Assembly (NCBI RefSeq): GCF_029027585.1
Contig: NZ_CP093397.1
Location: 1,103,405 to 1,167,404 of the forward strand
From: Sulfurimonas sp.
GTDB lineage: Bacteria; Campylobacterota; Campylobacteria; Campylobacterales; Sulfurimonadaceae
Length of the DNA stretch: 64,000 bases
Reading direction: 5' to 3'
Part shown: in pieces, positions 8,634 through 17,550 of the stretch
Position numbering within the stretch: the first letter of the stretch is position 1
Layout of the letters: each line of letters begins with the position of its first letter
Translations under genes and position numbers: made by a program
The notes under the pieces: generated by a model
The model's input: the letters and a program-made list of their open reading frames with translations, nothing else
Told to the model about the DNA's origin: nothing
The model's database searches: none

Positions 8634-9594
8634 ATATCTTCTTTGGTTTTTTCTTTTGCTTATTCTTATAATATCTCCTTTTTTAGGTGCATTTAATTTA
8701 AAGGTTAGTGAAGTTTTTATAAATGGTACCTTAGATAATTCCATATTTTTCGATCTTAGAATTCCTAGAGTTTTATTTGCTTTTTTTGCAGGAGTCATCT
8801 TAGCTTTAAGTGGTTTGCTATTTCAAACACTTTTTAGAAATGCTCTTATGACTCCTTATACTTTAGGCATCTCGAGTGGTGCTGTTTTGGGTGCTGGAAT
8901 CGCTATAAAACTAGGTCTTGGAAGTTTAGCTTTTGGCATCGCCGCTATTAGCATCTTTGGTTTTTTAGGTGCCATGTTTACTATACTTTTACTTATCACT
9001 CTTGCAAAGTATTTGCAAAACTCTCACTATGAATCACTCTTACTTTTAGGCATCGCTCTTTCACTTTTTTACACTTCTGCTTTGATGATTTTGTTTTACC
9101 TTGGAAACACTATGCAAAACGATATGTTACTTCGTTTTACTATGGGCTCACTTAGTGTTATTGGTTGGACATACCCTATCACCATTGGTATTATTTCACT
9201 TATACTTTTTTTCGTTATTTATCTTTTTCGTTATGAGCTTCAACTTCTTAGCATCTCTGATGAAAGTGCAAAACTCCGTGGAGTAAATACAAAAAAAATC
9301 ACATTTATTTTACTTATCATCTCTTCTTTTGCCATCGGAACACTTGTAAGCATTAGTGGACCTATCGGTTTTGTAGGCTTAATTATCCCTCATATTGTCA
9401 CAAAACTATACCCTGTACCTGTAAACAAACGCATAGTTAAAACAGCTTTATTTGGTGGCTTTTTTCTTGTTTTTTGTGACACAATTACACGAGCCTTACA
9501 AACTCAAAGTGAACTTCCTATTGGCATCGTGACAGCTCTTATTGGCGGTCCGTTTTTCATATATCTTATTATAAACAAAAGTAAGAGCATCTAG
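8626..9594 (+). CDS. FecCD/BtuC-family ABC permease
   Basis: About 9-10 TM. It ends with the FecCD-type ELPIGIVTALIGGPFFIYLI. ATG 8626 is preferred over 8593 because it overlaps the ATPase stop by 8 nt. Confidence 0.9.
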   Translation: MSRYLLWFFLLLILIISPFLGAFNLKVSEVFINGTLDNSIFFDLRIPRVLFAFFAGVILALSGLLFQTLFRNALMTPYTLGISSGAVLGAGIAIKLGLGSLAFGIAAISIFGFLGAMFTILLLITLAKYLQNSHYESLLLLGIALSLFYTSALMILFYLGNTMQNDMLLRFTMGSLSVIGWTYPITIGIISLILFFVIYLFRYELQLLSISDESAKLRGVNTKKITFILLIISSFAIGTLVSISGPIGFVGLIIPHIVTKLYPVPVNKRIVKTALFGGFFLVFCDTITRALQTQSELPIGIVTALIGGPFFIYLIINKSKSI

Positions 9595-9597
9595 CGT

Positions 9598-10392
9598 ATG
9601 GGTGTAAAGAGTAAAATCAGCCTAGATGCCATAAACAAACTTTTTGAATCTTATGGCTTTGTTAAACTTACTCCAACAAGTTCAGGCATCATCGACACTA
9701 CTTACATACTTCATACCAAAAATGACTCCTATATTTTAAAAAAGTACGAAAGAGATATCTTACAAAAAATAACTCTAGATGCTAAACTACTAAAAACTTT
9801 AAAAGCATCTGGATTAAATGTTCCGCTAATGCTTGATAAAAAAGATGCGTGGTATCTATATGAAATGTTAAAAGGAGATGAACCAAAAAATATAAAAGCC
9901 TATCATCTTCAAGAACTTGCAAGATTTTTAGCCAAGACGCATCTAGTGAGTTGGAAAAATAGTTGTGAAGTAGAAGATACTTTTAAAAATGAAATAAAAG
10001 AAGCTTTAAACTATGCAAAAAATAACTATTTCTTTTACTATAAAAAGTTTGAGTTTTTAAAAGATTTTACTCCTAAAAATGATGGCATAATTCATGGAGA
10101 TATTTTTAAAGACAATACTGTTTTTGATGGGGGGAAAATCGGAGTTTTTGATTTTATAGATTCTTCGTGTGGCTCTTTTGTATTTGACACGGCAGTTGGG
10201 CTTGTCGGTTTTGGGATAAAACAAGATAATAACTACGCTATAAATATATTTTTAAAAACATATAATCAACGAGCAATTAAAAAAATAGATAGAAATATAC
10301 TCATAAAAAATATGAAAAATGCCTCTCATTTTTTCGCTCTAAAGAGAGTTTATGAATACAAAAACACTAACAAAGCAAAAGAGTTGTTATGA
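9598..10392 (+). CDS. Protein-kinase-fold (APH / homoserine kinase type II-like) small-molecule kinase
   Basis: Catalytic/Mg loop IIHGDIFKDNTVFDGGKIGVFDFIDS (HGDxxxxN...DF). 264 aa. It sits between the ABC importer and the Thr-P decarboxylase gene. Confidence 0.75.
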   Translation: MGVKSKISLDAINKLFESYGFVKLTPTSSGIIDTTYILHTKNDSYILKKYERDILQKITLDAKLLKTLKASGLNVPLMLDKKDAWYLYEMLKGDEPKNIKAYHLQELARFLAKTHLVSWKNSCEVEDTFKNEIKEALNYAKNNYFFYYKKFEFLKDFTPKNDGIIHGDIFKDNTVFDGGKIGVFDFIDSSCGSFVFDTAVGLVGFGIKQDNNYAINIFLKTYNQRAIKKIDRNILIKNMKNASHFFALKRVYEYKNTNKAKELL

Positions 10393-11384
10393 TGAAACAT
10401 GGTGCTAACATATATAAATATGCTAATAAACTAAAGTGTAAAGCAGATGAGATAATAGACTTTTCTTCAAACATAAATCTTTATACTAAAAAAATAAACC
10501 TAACACTAACTGATAACATGGTAGTTAAATATGCTAACACCTCTTACCCACATCTAAGAAGTACAATCACTCAAAAATACAAAATAAAAAAGAATCAAAT
10601 CGCTCTTTATAATGGTGCTACAACTGCTATACATTCTCTTTTTCAATCCCTAGATGCAAAGAGAATTTACCTCTATGCTCCGCTATATGGTGAGTATGAA
10701 AAAGCACTTAGTAAAAGGGCAAAAGTTATAAAAATAAACCGCTCTAAAAACCTCTATAAAAAACCAAAAAAAGGCTCTGTTGTAGTGTTTGTAAATCCAT
10801 CAACTCCAGATGCGATTTACTATGATTTGAGTAAGCTTTTTGCCCTTTGGAAGAGGCAAAAATGTACTATTATTTTAGATGAATCATTTTTAGAGTTCCA
10901 AAACCTTCATTCTTTGAGAAATCAAATAGATAATTACAAAAAACTATATATAATCCAATCATTTTCTAAGTTTTATGCTTGTGCTGGAGTAAGAATAGGT
11001 GCTATTTTTTCACAAAAACGAAATATTGAACAACTAAAAATTCCTATTTGGAATATTTCATCTTTTGACTCTGAGTTTTTGACTTTAAGGCTTATGGATA
11101 AGAAGTTTGGGCGTAAATCTAAAAAGCTTCATAAAAAGCAAAAAAAAGAACTTTTTGACATTTTAAAAAACTCAAAACTTTTTGATAAAATCTACAAAAG
11201 TGATACAAATTTTATACTGGTAAAATCAAAAAAATCAAAAGAGATATTTAAGCATCTACTCCGTCATAAAATACTTATACGACCTTGTGAAAGTTTTGAT
11301 TTTTTAACAAGTGAGCATCTACGCTTCGCAGTTAAAACCACTAACGCTCACAACAAACTAACAGAGGCTTTTAAGAGTTTTTAG
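10389..11384 (+). CDS. cobD: Class I/II aminotransferase-fold enzyme, probable L-threonine-O-3-phosphate decarboxylase
   Basis: PLP-lysine context QSFSKFYACAGVRIGAIF. Its size (331 aa) and cobalamin gene context fit. Histidinol-phosphate aminotransferase cannot be excluded from sequence alone. Confidence 0.7.
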   Translation: MMKHGANIYKYANKLKCKADEIIDFSSNINLYTKKINLTLTDNMVVKYANTSYPHLRSTITQKYKIKKNQIALYNGATTAIHSLFQSLDAKRIYLYAPLYGEYEKALSKRAKVIKINRSKNLYKKPKKGSVVVFVNPSTPDAIYYDLSKLFALWKRQKCTIILDESFLEFQNLHSLRNQIDNYKKLYIIQSFSKFYACAGVRIGAIFSQKRNIEQLKIPIWNISSFDSEFLTLRLMDKKFGRKSKKLHKKQKKELFDILKNSKLFDKIYKSDTNFILVKSKKSKEIFKHLLRHKILIRPCESFDFLTSEHLRFAVKTTNAHNKLTEAFKSF

Positions 11385-11390
11385 GTTTTG

Positions 11391-12350
11391 TTATTTATCT
11401 CCATAGTTTAAATCCGAACGCCATTTTGGATGATGGAAGTGCAGTCTTTGGTCACACGATGCAGATACTACTGATTTGTATAGTGTTATAGTTCCTATCT
11501 TTTGCCACGCTTTGTTAGTACCTGTCATTTTGTTTGCTACAAAAATATTGAAAACTAATTTTTCATTTTTTTGGATTTTCAACTCATCGCGGAAATCTTT
11601 AGCATCTACTCTTTTATCATCCGCTGCTTCTAACTTCATCCATTTTGGAGTAACGATATTTTTACTCCATTTCTCTCCGAGTTGAGATATTTCATATAGT
11701 TGTCTGATGCCAGGATTAGTATCTGCTTCTTTAAAAGCTTGAGATACTTTCACAGCATAAAGCAAATTTTTGACTATACTAAAGTTTATGCTTATGTCAG
11801 GTTCATTACTCATAACTACATCTTTATAATGTTTAGCATCTGTACCTCCTAAATCATCTATAAGAAAAAAGTTTGCACTGTTCTCACTATTTACCTCATT
11901 TGCATCTATCGAAGCAAATAGTTTTCCAGCAAATCCAAACGCTCTATTGCTCCCTCTGAGAGTATCTGAGGTTGCAGTAGATGCTCTTGCAATAATGAGA
12001 GCCTTACTGCTCTTTTTAAAATAACCGCTGTATATGTTTTCTTCCTCTATTTCCCAGATGCCTCTAAAGCAGATGCCATTTGGATGAGCCAGTTTTTCAA
12101 AAGCGGGTAAAATATCTGCATGCTCATTCAGCGTTCTATGTGCATCTTGAAGGATCATGTCTTCTTTAAATGTAAAGAGTTTAAAATATGAAACACTTCT
12201 CTGAGGCAGTTTTGCTAAAGGGTCAGACTCCACTTGTTTCCAAACCTCTGAAAAACTACTCCTATTATCCGACTTTTCTTTATTTACTTTTATTTTAGTT
12301 GTACATGCTGAGAGTGTAAATAGCAAGGCTATGAGAAGTAGCAGTTTCAT
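11391..12350 (-). CDS. Lipoprotein of unknown function
   Basis: An internal ATG at 12350 is preceded by AGGAG. It gives MKLLLLIALLFTLSAC with a lipobox (LSAC). A weak catalase-like HPNGICFRGIW stretch is not enough to assign a family. Confidence 0.6.
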   Translation of the reverse strand: MKLLLLIALLFTLSACTTKIKVNKEKSDNRSSFSEVWKQVESDPLAKLPQRSVSYFKLFTFKEDMILQDAHRTLNEHADILPAFEKLAHPNGICFRGIWEIEEENIYSGYFKKSSKALIIARASTATSDTLRGSNRAFGFAGKLFASIDANEVNSENSANFFLIDDLGGTDAKHYKDVVMSNEPDISINFSIVKNLLYAVKVSQAFKEADTNPGIRQLYEISQLGEKWSKNIVTPKWMKLEAADDKRVDAKDFRDELKIQKNEKLVFNIFVANKMTGTNKAWQKIGTITLYKSVVSASCDQRLHFHHPKWRSDLNYGDK

Positions 12351-12552
12351 TTTTGACTCCTTTTTATTATTATAGACTAATGAGATGAATATTACTGCAA
12401 TTATCGGAAAGAGGACTCTAACGCTCATAACAAATAAAATAATACACGGTAAAGAATGTTTTTACTTTTCATGGCATTTTGTAATATATCTTCAAGTTTA
12501 CTCAAAAAAAGATATAATTTAACAAAATAGTCACTGTTCTTAAAGGAATAAA

Positions 12553-13956
12553 TTGAAAGAATTAAATGAAATAAAAAATGATATTGAAGAATTATATGAT
12601 ATAGACACGCTAATACTAGATGCAACATTTATAAGTAATAACAACAATATGCAATCCAAACTAATCAACAATGCAGATGAAACTTTTACATATAAACTGA
12701 AAAATAAAAAGTATGATTTTCATTTAAAAGAGCCTATTTTTATTGAGAAGATTTGTTTAAAGTCTTCAGATAATAACTTGAAAAATATAGTTTTAGAAAT
12801 AACAGACTACTTTACAGGGGAAAAGATTAAAAAACCTATAGAAAACTATAAACAATATAAACATATTGCAGTTAATATCAATAGAGTCATCTCTTCTTTT
12901 ACTATTAAACCTCCTTTCAGGATCTTAAGAATAAACTTACAATCTATCACTATACATGGATACAATTTTACAGAACTATCATCAATTTCCACACTGTTTA
13001 AAGAAAGTAAAGAAGTAAAAAAAGAACTTGAAGAATTTTACAAAAGTAAAATAAATTTTATTGAAACTGAAAATCTTAACTTAGATGCTAAAAAAGAAAA
13101 AACAGAACAAAATTTAGAAGTTATTGGAAATGACATCACTGAAAAAAAATCTATCATCTCTGACTTAACCAGTCAATTAATTGAACTTAAATCTTCAATA
13201 AAATCAGATACAGAGTCTTCAGAATCTTTAAAAATAATTGTAAAGGAGCTAAAAACTCAAGAAAGCAGTATAAATAAAAATTTAACAGATATAAAAAATA
13301 GTATAGAACAAAGGGAAGAAGAATCTTCTTCTTTAAATAAAAAAATATCTAATGAAAAGGATATATTAAAAGAGAACCAAAATAACAACAATCTATTTGC
13401 TTATGAGCTTAGTGAATTTTTAAAAGAAGGTAGCAACAATATTAAATTATATACTATTATTTCGATGATACCAATGCTTCTAATAGTATTTTTAACATAC
13501 ATATTATTAAAAGGTACTGTTGATTTAACTACTATTTATACAATAAAAAAAGATATGGATATAGCAACTGTATTTTGGAGTAGATTACCATTTGTGCTAG
13601 TTATTACATCTATTATATTCGTATGTTATGAAATAACAAAAATATTTTTTATAAAAATAATGGAAATACATCATCAAAAGTTAAACTTTTCTAAAATAGG
13701 TATTATCGCTAAAGATATTTCAAGTACTTCTTTTGATGGTTTAAATTTAGATGATAATGAAAAATCTGAATTACATACGAAACTAAAGATGCAACTGCTA
13801 AGAGAATATTTGTCGAGCGAGTTTCACATTGAGCACGATTACAATATCAACAAATCATTATGGACTCGATTTATTGACTGGAGAAAACAAAAAGATGAAA
13901 AAAAAATTGATGATGAGCAAGTAGAAATAAATAATCAAGAAATTATACAAAACTAA
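12553..13956 (+). CDS. Coiled-coil protein with a C-terminal 2-TM module, unknown function
   Basis: TTG start with AAGGA upstream. It has a roughly 150-aa N-terminal domain, then about 150 aa of heptad-like E/K/S/N-rich sequence. Two hydrophobic helices follow (IISMIPMLLIVFLTYILL and LPFVLVITSIIFVCYEI), then a charged tail. Confidence 0.55.
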   Translation: MKELNEIKNDIEELYDIDTLILDATFISNNNNMQSKLINNADETFTYKLKNKKYDFHLKEPIFIEKICLKSSDNNLKNIVLEITDYFTGEKIKKPIENYKQYKHIAVNINRVISSFTIKPPFRILRINLQSITIHGYNFTELSSISTLFKESKEVKKELEEFYKSKINFIETENLNLDAKKEKTEQNLEVIGNDITEKKSIISDLTSQLIELKSSIKSDTESSESLKIIVKELKTQESSINKNLTDIKNSIEQREEESSSLNKKISNEKDILKENQNNNNLFAYELSEFLKEGSNNIKLYTIISMIPMLLIVFLTYILLKGTVDLTTIYTIKKDMDIATVFWSRLPFVLVITSIIFVCYEITKIFFIKIMEIHHQKLNFSKIGIIAKDISSTSFDGLNLDDNEKSELHTKLKMQLLREYLSSEFHIEHDYNINKSLWTRFIDWRKQKDEKKIDDEQVEINNQEIIQN

Positions 13957-14006
13957 CCCAAGATATTTTAAAACAGTTTGAACTAATAAGACAAGGGAAG
14001 TGAAGA

Positions 14007-14993
14007 ATGACCAACTCAAACATACTAATATACCAAAGTGAAGATGGACAGACAAAGATTCAAACTCGTTTAGAGGATGAAACTGTTTGGCTTACTCAAT
14101 CTCAACTTTGTGAACTATTTCAAAAGTCAAAGTCTACTGTTAGTGAACATATAAAAAAAATATTTGAAGATGAAGAACTCCTAGAAAATCAAGTTGTTCG
14201 GAATCTCCGAACAACTGCATCTGATGGTAAAAATTACAATACAAATTTTTATAATCTAGACTTGATAATTTCAGTTGGATATAGAGTTCGTTCTCCACAA
14301 GGTACTAAGTTTCGTCAGTGGGCTACCACTAGACTAAAAGAGTACATAGTAAAAGGTTTTACTATGAATGATGAACTTCTAAAAGAGGCAGGTGGTGGGA
14401 CTTACTTTGAAGAACTACTCTCTCGCATTAGAGATATACGAAGTAGTGAGAAGATATTTTGGAGAAAAGTTCTTGATATCTACTCAACAAGCATAGACTA
14501 TGATGCAAAAGATGAAGCATCTATACTATTTTTTCAAACTATTCAAAATAAAATGCACTGGGCTGCACATGGCAATACAGCTGCTGAGATACTTTACCAA
14601 AGAGCAGACAGCTCAAAAGAAAATATGGGTCTTTTATCTTTTAAAGGTGATAAACCTCTAAAAAAAGAAATAGAGACAGCAAAAAATTATTTAAATGAAA
14701 ATGAGTTAAACATACTTAACCGCATGGTTACAGCTTACTTAGAGGTTGCAGAGATACAAGCAATGAACCAAATACCAATGTATATGAAAGATTGGTTGGA
14801 GAGAATTGATGACTTTTTGAAAATGACTGGAAAAGATATACTAACTCACGCAGGAACTATCAGCCATAACCAAGCTATGAAAAAAGCAACTATAGAATAT
14901 GAAAAGTATAAAGAACAAACTAAGAATTCCCTTTCAAATATAGAAAAAGACTTCATTAAAACTATTGACACAACTTCTAAAAAGTTAAAATAA
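14007..14993 (+). CDS. RhuM-family (virulence protein RhuM-like) DNA-binding protein
   Basis: IYQSEDGQTKIQTRLEDETVWLTQSQLCELFQKSKSTVSEHIKKIF...DGKNYNTNFYNLDLIISVGYRVRSPQGTKFRQWATTRLKEYIVKGF is the RhuM signature as I recall it. Its stop TAA (14991-14993) abuts the cobQ ATG. Confidence 0.8.
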   Translation: MTNSNILIYQSEDGQTKIQTRLEDETVWLTQSQLCELFQKSKSTVSEHIKKIFEDEELLENQVVRNLRTTASDGKNYNTNFYNLDLIISVGYRVRSPQGTKFRQWATTRLKEYIVKGFTMNDELLKEAGGGTYFEELLSRIRDIRSSEKIFWRKVLDIYSTSIDYDAKDEASILFFQTIQNKMHWAAHGNTAAEILYQRADSSKENMGLLSFKGDKPLKKEIETAKNYLNENELNILNRMVTAYLEVAEIQAMNQIPMYMKDWLERIDDFLKMTGKDILTHAGTISHNQAMKKATIEYEKYKEQTKNSLSNIEKDFIKTIDTTSKKLK

Positions 14994-16379
14994 ATGAACT
15001 CTCTAAGTATATTCGGCACAAGTAGTGATGCTGGGAAATCAACTCTTAGCTTTGCTATAACATATCTTTTTCACAACAGAGGAGTTAGTGTCGCTCCCTT
15101 TAAGGCTCAAAATGTTTCTAACAACTCACAAGTTTGTGATAGCGGGGGAGAGATAGCAATCCCTCAGTATTTTGCAGCCGAATCCATAGGACTTAAAACC
15201 TCAACTGATATGAATCCAGTTCTTTTAAAGTCAGGTGGAAAATCAAAAGCTCATATAATTGTAAATGGGAAAAGTGTTGGCAATAAAGATGTTTGGTCTT
15301 ACTACCGAGATATAAAAACTCTACAACCTCATGTCAAAAAAGCTTTTAAAAATTTACAAAAAAAGTATGAGTGCATAGTTGCTGAAGGAGCTGGTAGTCC
15401 AGTTGAATTAAACCTCATGGATAAAGACCTCTCAAATATTTATATAGCTGAAGAATTTAAAACAAAAATTATCTTAGTTGCAGATATTCAAAGAGGTGGA
15501 GTTTTTGCATCTATATATGGAGTTTATAATCTTTTGCCAAAAAAACTTAGAAAAAATGTCATCGGCGTAATTGTAAACAAGTTTCAAGGCGACATGAGCC
15601 TTTTTGATGAAGGTGTAAAAATCATAGAAAAAAGATTTAAAATTCCTGTTTTTGGAGTTGTGCCATTTAAACCTTTTAACCTTGGTTTTGAAGATAGCGA
15701 GTCAATCATGAACTATGTTCAAGACACAAAAAAATCCATCATAAAAGTTGGTGTTATAAGACTTCCTCATATTAGTAATTTTACAGATTTTGAGCCTTTA
15801 GTTTTAGACGAAGAGATAGAACTCTCTTTTATCTCATCTGTTAGTGAGGTTTCATCTTGTGACATGCTTGTTTTACCAGGAAGTAAGAGAGTTGTTGATG
15901 ATTTACTTTGGCTTATCAACAATGGTTTTGAAAAGATTTTAAAAAACAAAAAACAAAAAGTAGTAGCTATCTGTGGCGGTTATGAAATGATGTTTAAAAA
16001 GATTTTAGACCCCAATCAAATAGAATCATCTGAAAAAAAGGTTGATGGGCTTGGTCGTTTAAAAGGTAGAGTAACTTTTAAAAAGAAAAAAATTGTAAAA
16101 AAAGGAAGCTATCAGTTATTTGATTGCAAGGTTGATGGATATGAGATTCACAATGGGGTTACAAAAAAACTTTTTAAAAGTAAAAAAAATCTTTATGCTA
16201 CTTTTGTTCATGGACTTTTTGACTCTGATGAAATACGAGCTAAATTTTTTAAAGAGATAAACCAAAACTATAAAGGTTATAATTTTAAAAAACAAAAACA
16301 AAAAGCCATAAAAGAGTTTGCATCTCATATAAATAAATATGTAGATATAGATGCTATTTTAAATAAGTTATATGATTAA
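14994..16379 (+). CDS. cobQ: Cobyric acid synthase
   Basis: N-terminal P-loop GTSSDAGKS, EGAGSPVE, and a glutamine amidotransferase half with ICGGYEM. Confidence 0.9.
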   Translation: MNSLSIFGTSSDAGKSTLSFAITYLFHNRGVSVAPFKAQNVSNNSQVCDSGGEIAIPQYFAAESIGLKTSTDMNPVLLKSGGKSKAHIIVNGKSVGNKDVWSYYRDIKTLQPHVKKAFKNLQKKYECIVAEGAGSPVELNLMDKDLSNIYIAEEFKTKIILVADIQRGGVFASIYGVYNLLPKKLRKNVIGVIVNKFQGDMSLFDEGVKIIEKRFKIPVFGVVPFKPFNLGFEDSESIMNYVQDTKKSIIKVGVIRLPHISNFTDFEPLVLDEEIELSFISSVSEVSSCDMLVLPGSKRVVDDLLWLINNGFEKILKNKKQKVVAICGGYEMMFKKILDPNQIESSEKKVDGLGRLKGRVTFKKKKIVKKGSYQLFDCKVDGYEIHNGVTKKLFKSKKNLYATFVHGLFDSDEIRAKFFKEINQNYKGYNFKKQKQKAIKEFASHINKYVDIDAILNKLYD

Positions 16380-17223
16380 TATTTTTATAGCTTTTCTTGC
16401 TTACCTAATTGATAAACGCTTTGGAGAATTTCGTTTTATAAAACATCCCGTCATAATTATTGGCTCTATTATTAGTTTTTTTGAACATAAATTTTACAAA
16501 GACAGCATACTTAGAGGTTTATTACTTGTTTTATTTGTTATTTGTTGCGTTAGTTTTGTATCCATAAGTATTAGCACATTTTTAAATAACTTGAACATAG
16601 TTCTAAATATTGGATTTACATCTATTTTAGCATCTATGTTTATAGCACATAAAATGTTACATGATTCAGTCCTAGAAATCTTAGTTAGTACAAACAAAAA
16701 GAAAAGCATTTCTATGTTAGTTAGTAGAGATACACAAAATATGAGCGAAAGTGATATATATAAAGCATCTATTGAAACTTACGCTGAAAATTTAAGTGAT
16801 GGAGTTATAGCACCTCTTTTTTATCTACTTCTTTTTGGTTTAGATGGGATTGTCATTTATAAAGCAATAAATACCATGGACTCCATGGTTGGGTATAGAA
16901 ATGAAAAATATGAAAAGTATGGGAAAGTAGCAGCACTTTTAGATGATATTGCCAACTATATTCCTTCAAGACTTACTGCTATTTTAATTATGATAGTGGC
17001 TAAAAAGAAAAATATTTTTGCCTTTTATGAAGATGGAAAAAAACATGACTCACCAAATGCTGGTCACCCTATAACGGCTATGGCTCTTATGCTTGGAGTA
17101 AAACTAGGCGGAGATACTTACTACTTTTCTAAGTTAAAGAAAAAAGCATATTTTGGTGAAGGAAGAAAAAATATAACAAAAAGTGATGTTAAAAGAGCAT
17201 TGTCCTTGCTTTATGCTGATTAA
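16372..17223 (+). CDS. cbiB: Adenosylcobinamide-phosphate synthase
   Basis: IDKRFGEF..HPVIIIGSIISFFE, SDGVIAPLFY, MDSMVGY and SPNAGHP motifs. It overlaps cobQ by 8 nt. Confidence 0.85.
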   Translation: MINIFIAFLAYLIDKRFGEFRFIKHPVIIIGSIISFFEHKFYKDSILRGLLLVLFVICCVSFVSISISTFLNNLNIVLNIGFTSILASMFIAHKMLHDSVLEILVSTNKKKSISMLVSRDTQNMSESDIYKASIETYAENLSDGVIAPLFYLLLFGLDGIVIYKAINTMDSMVGYRNEKYEKYGKVAALLDDIANYIPSRLTAILIMIVAKKKNIFAFYEDGKKHDSPNAGHPITAMALMLGVKLGGDTYYFSKLKKKAYFGEGRKNITKSDVKRALSLLYAD

Positions 17224-17249
17224 AATTTTATATCAAGGTGCTATAATTA

Positions 17250-17495
17250 GTGAAGATAGTGCAAACTCTTCAAAAATTTGCTTCTTACCCGAGTTTTTCT
17301 AAAATGCAAGCACCTTACAAAGAAGTACATAACAAGATTAAAAGAGCTGTTGCATGTGTTAAAAATGGAACATGCGCACAACAGTCTCAAAATATTATGA
17401 CCTTTTTTAACACTGCTGAGAAAGCCTCTTCTGAAGTTATTTCAACATTAAGTAAATTAATTCGAGAAGAAAAAGATATTCGTCATAAAAATTAG
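17250..17495 (+). CDS. Small hypothetical protein (start uncertain; GTG 17250 or ATG 17313)
   Basis: An open frame only. No family was recognised. Confidence 0.25.
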   Translation: MKIVQTLQKFASYPSFSKMQAPYKEVHNKIKRAVACVKNGTCAQQSQNIMTFFNTAEKASSEVISTLSKLIREEKDIRHKN

Positions 17496-17511
17496 GTTTG
17501 TGTCATATTTG

Positions 17512-17520
17512 TGATATAAT
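17512..17520 (+). promoter_or_regulatory. Extended -10 promoter element (TGATATAAT) for the MCP gene
   Basis: Exact TGnTATAAT, 30 nt upstream of ATG 17551, with AGGAA in between. Confidence 0.4.
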
Positions 17521-17550
17521 TTTAAATTAAATTATTAATAGGAATTTTAA

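Noticed and set aside
10129-10134. G6 run here, and another at 50893-50898, as possible Campylobacter-style poly-G phase-variation tracts
   Set aside because: They are too short (6 nt). Both genes are in frame, and no longer G/C tracts exist in the window.
11391-12350. Calling the lipoprotein a catalase-related haem protein
   Set aside because: Only one short stretch (AHPNGICFRGIW) loosely resembles the catalase distal-His region. No proximal Tyr motif was identifiable.
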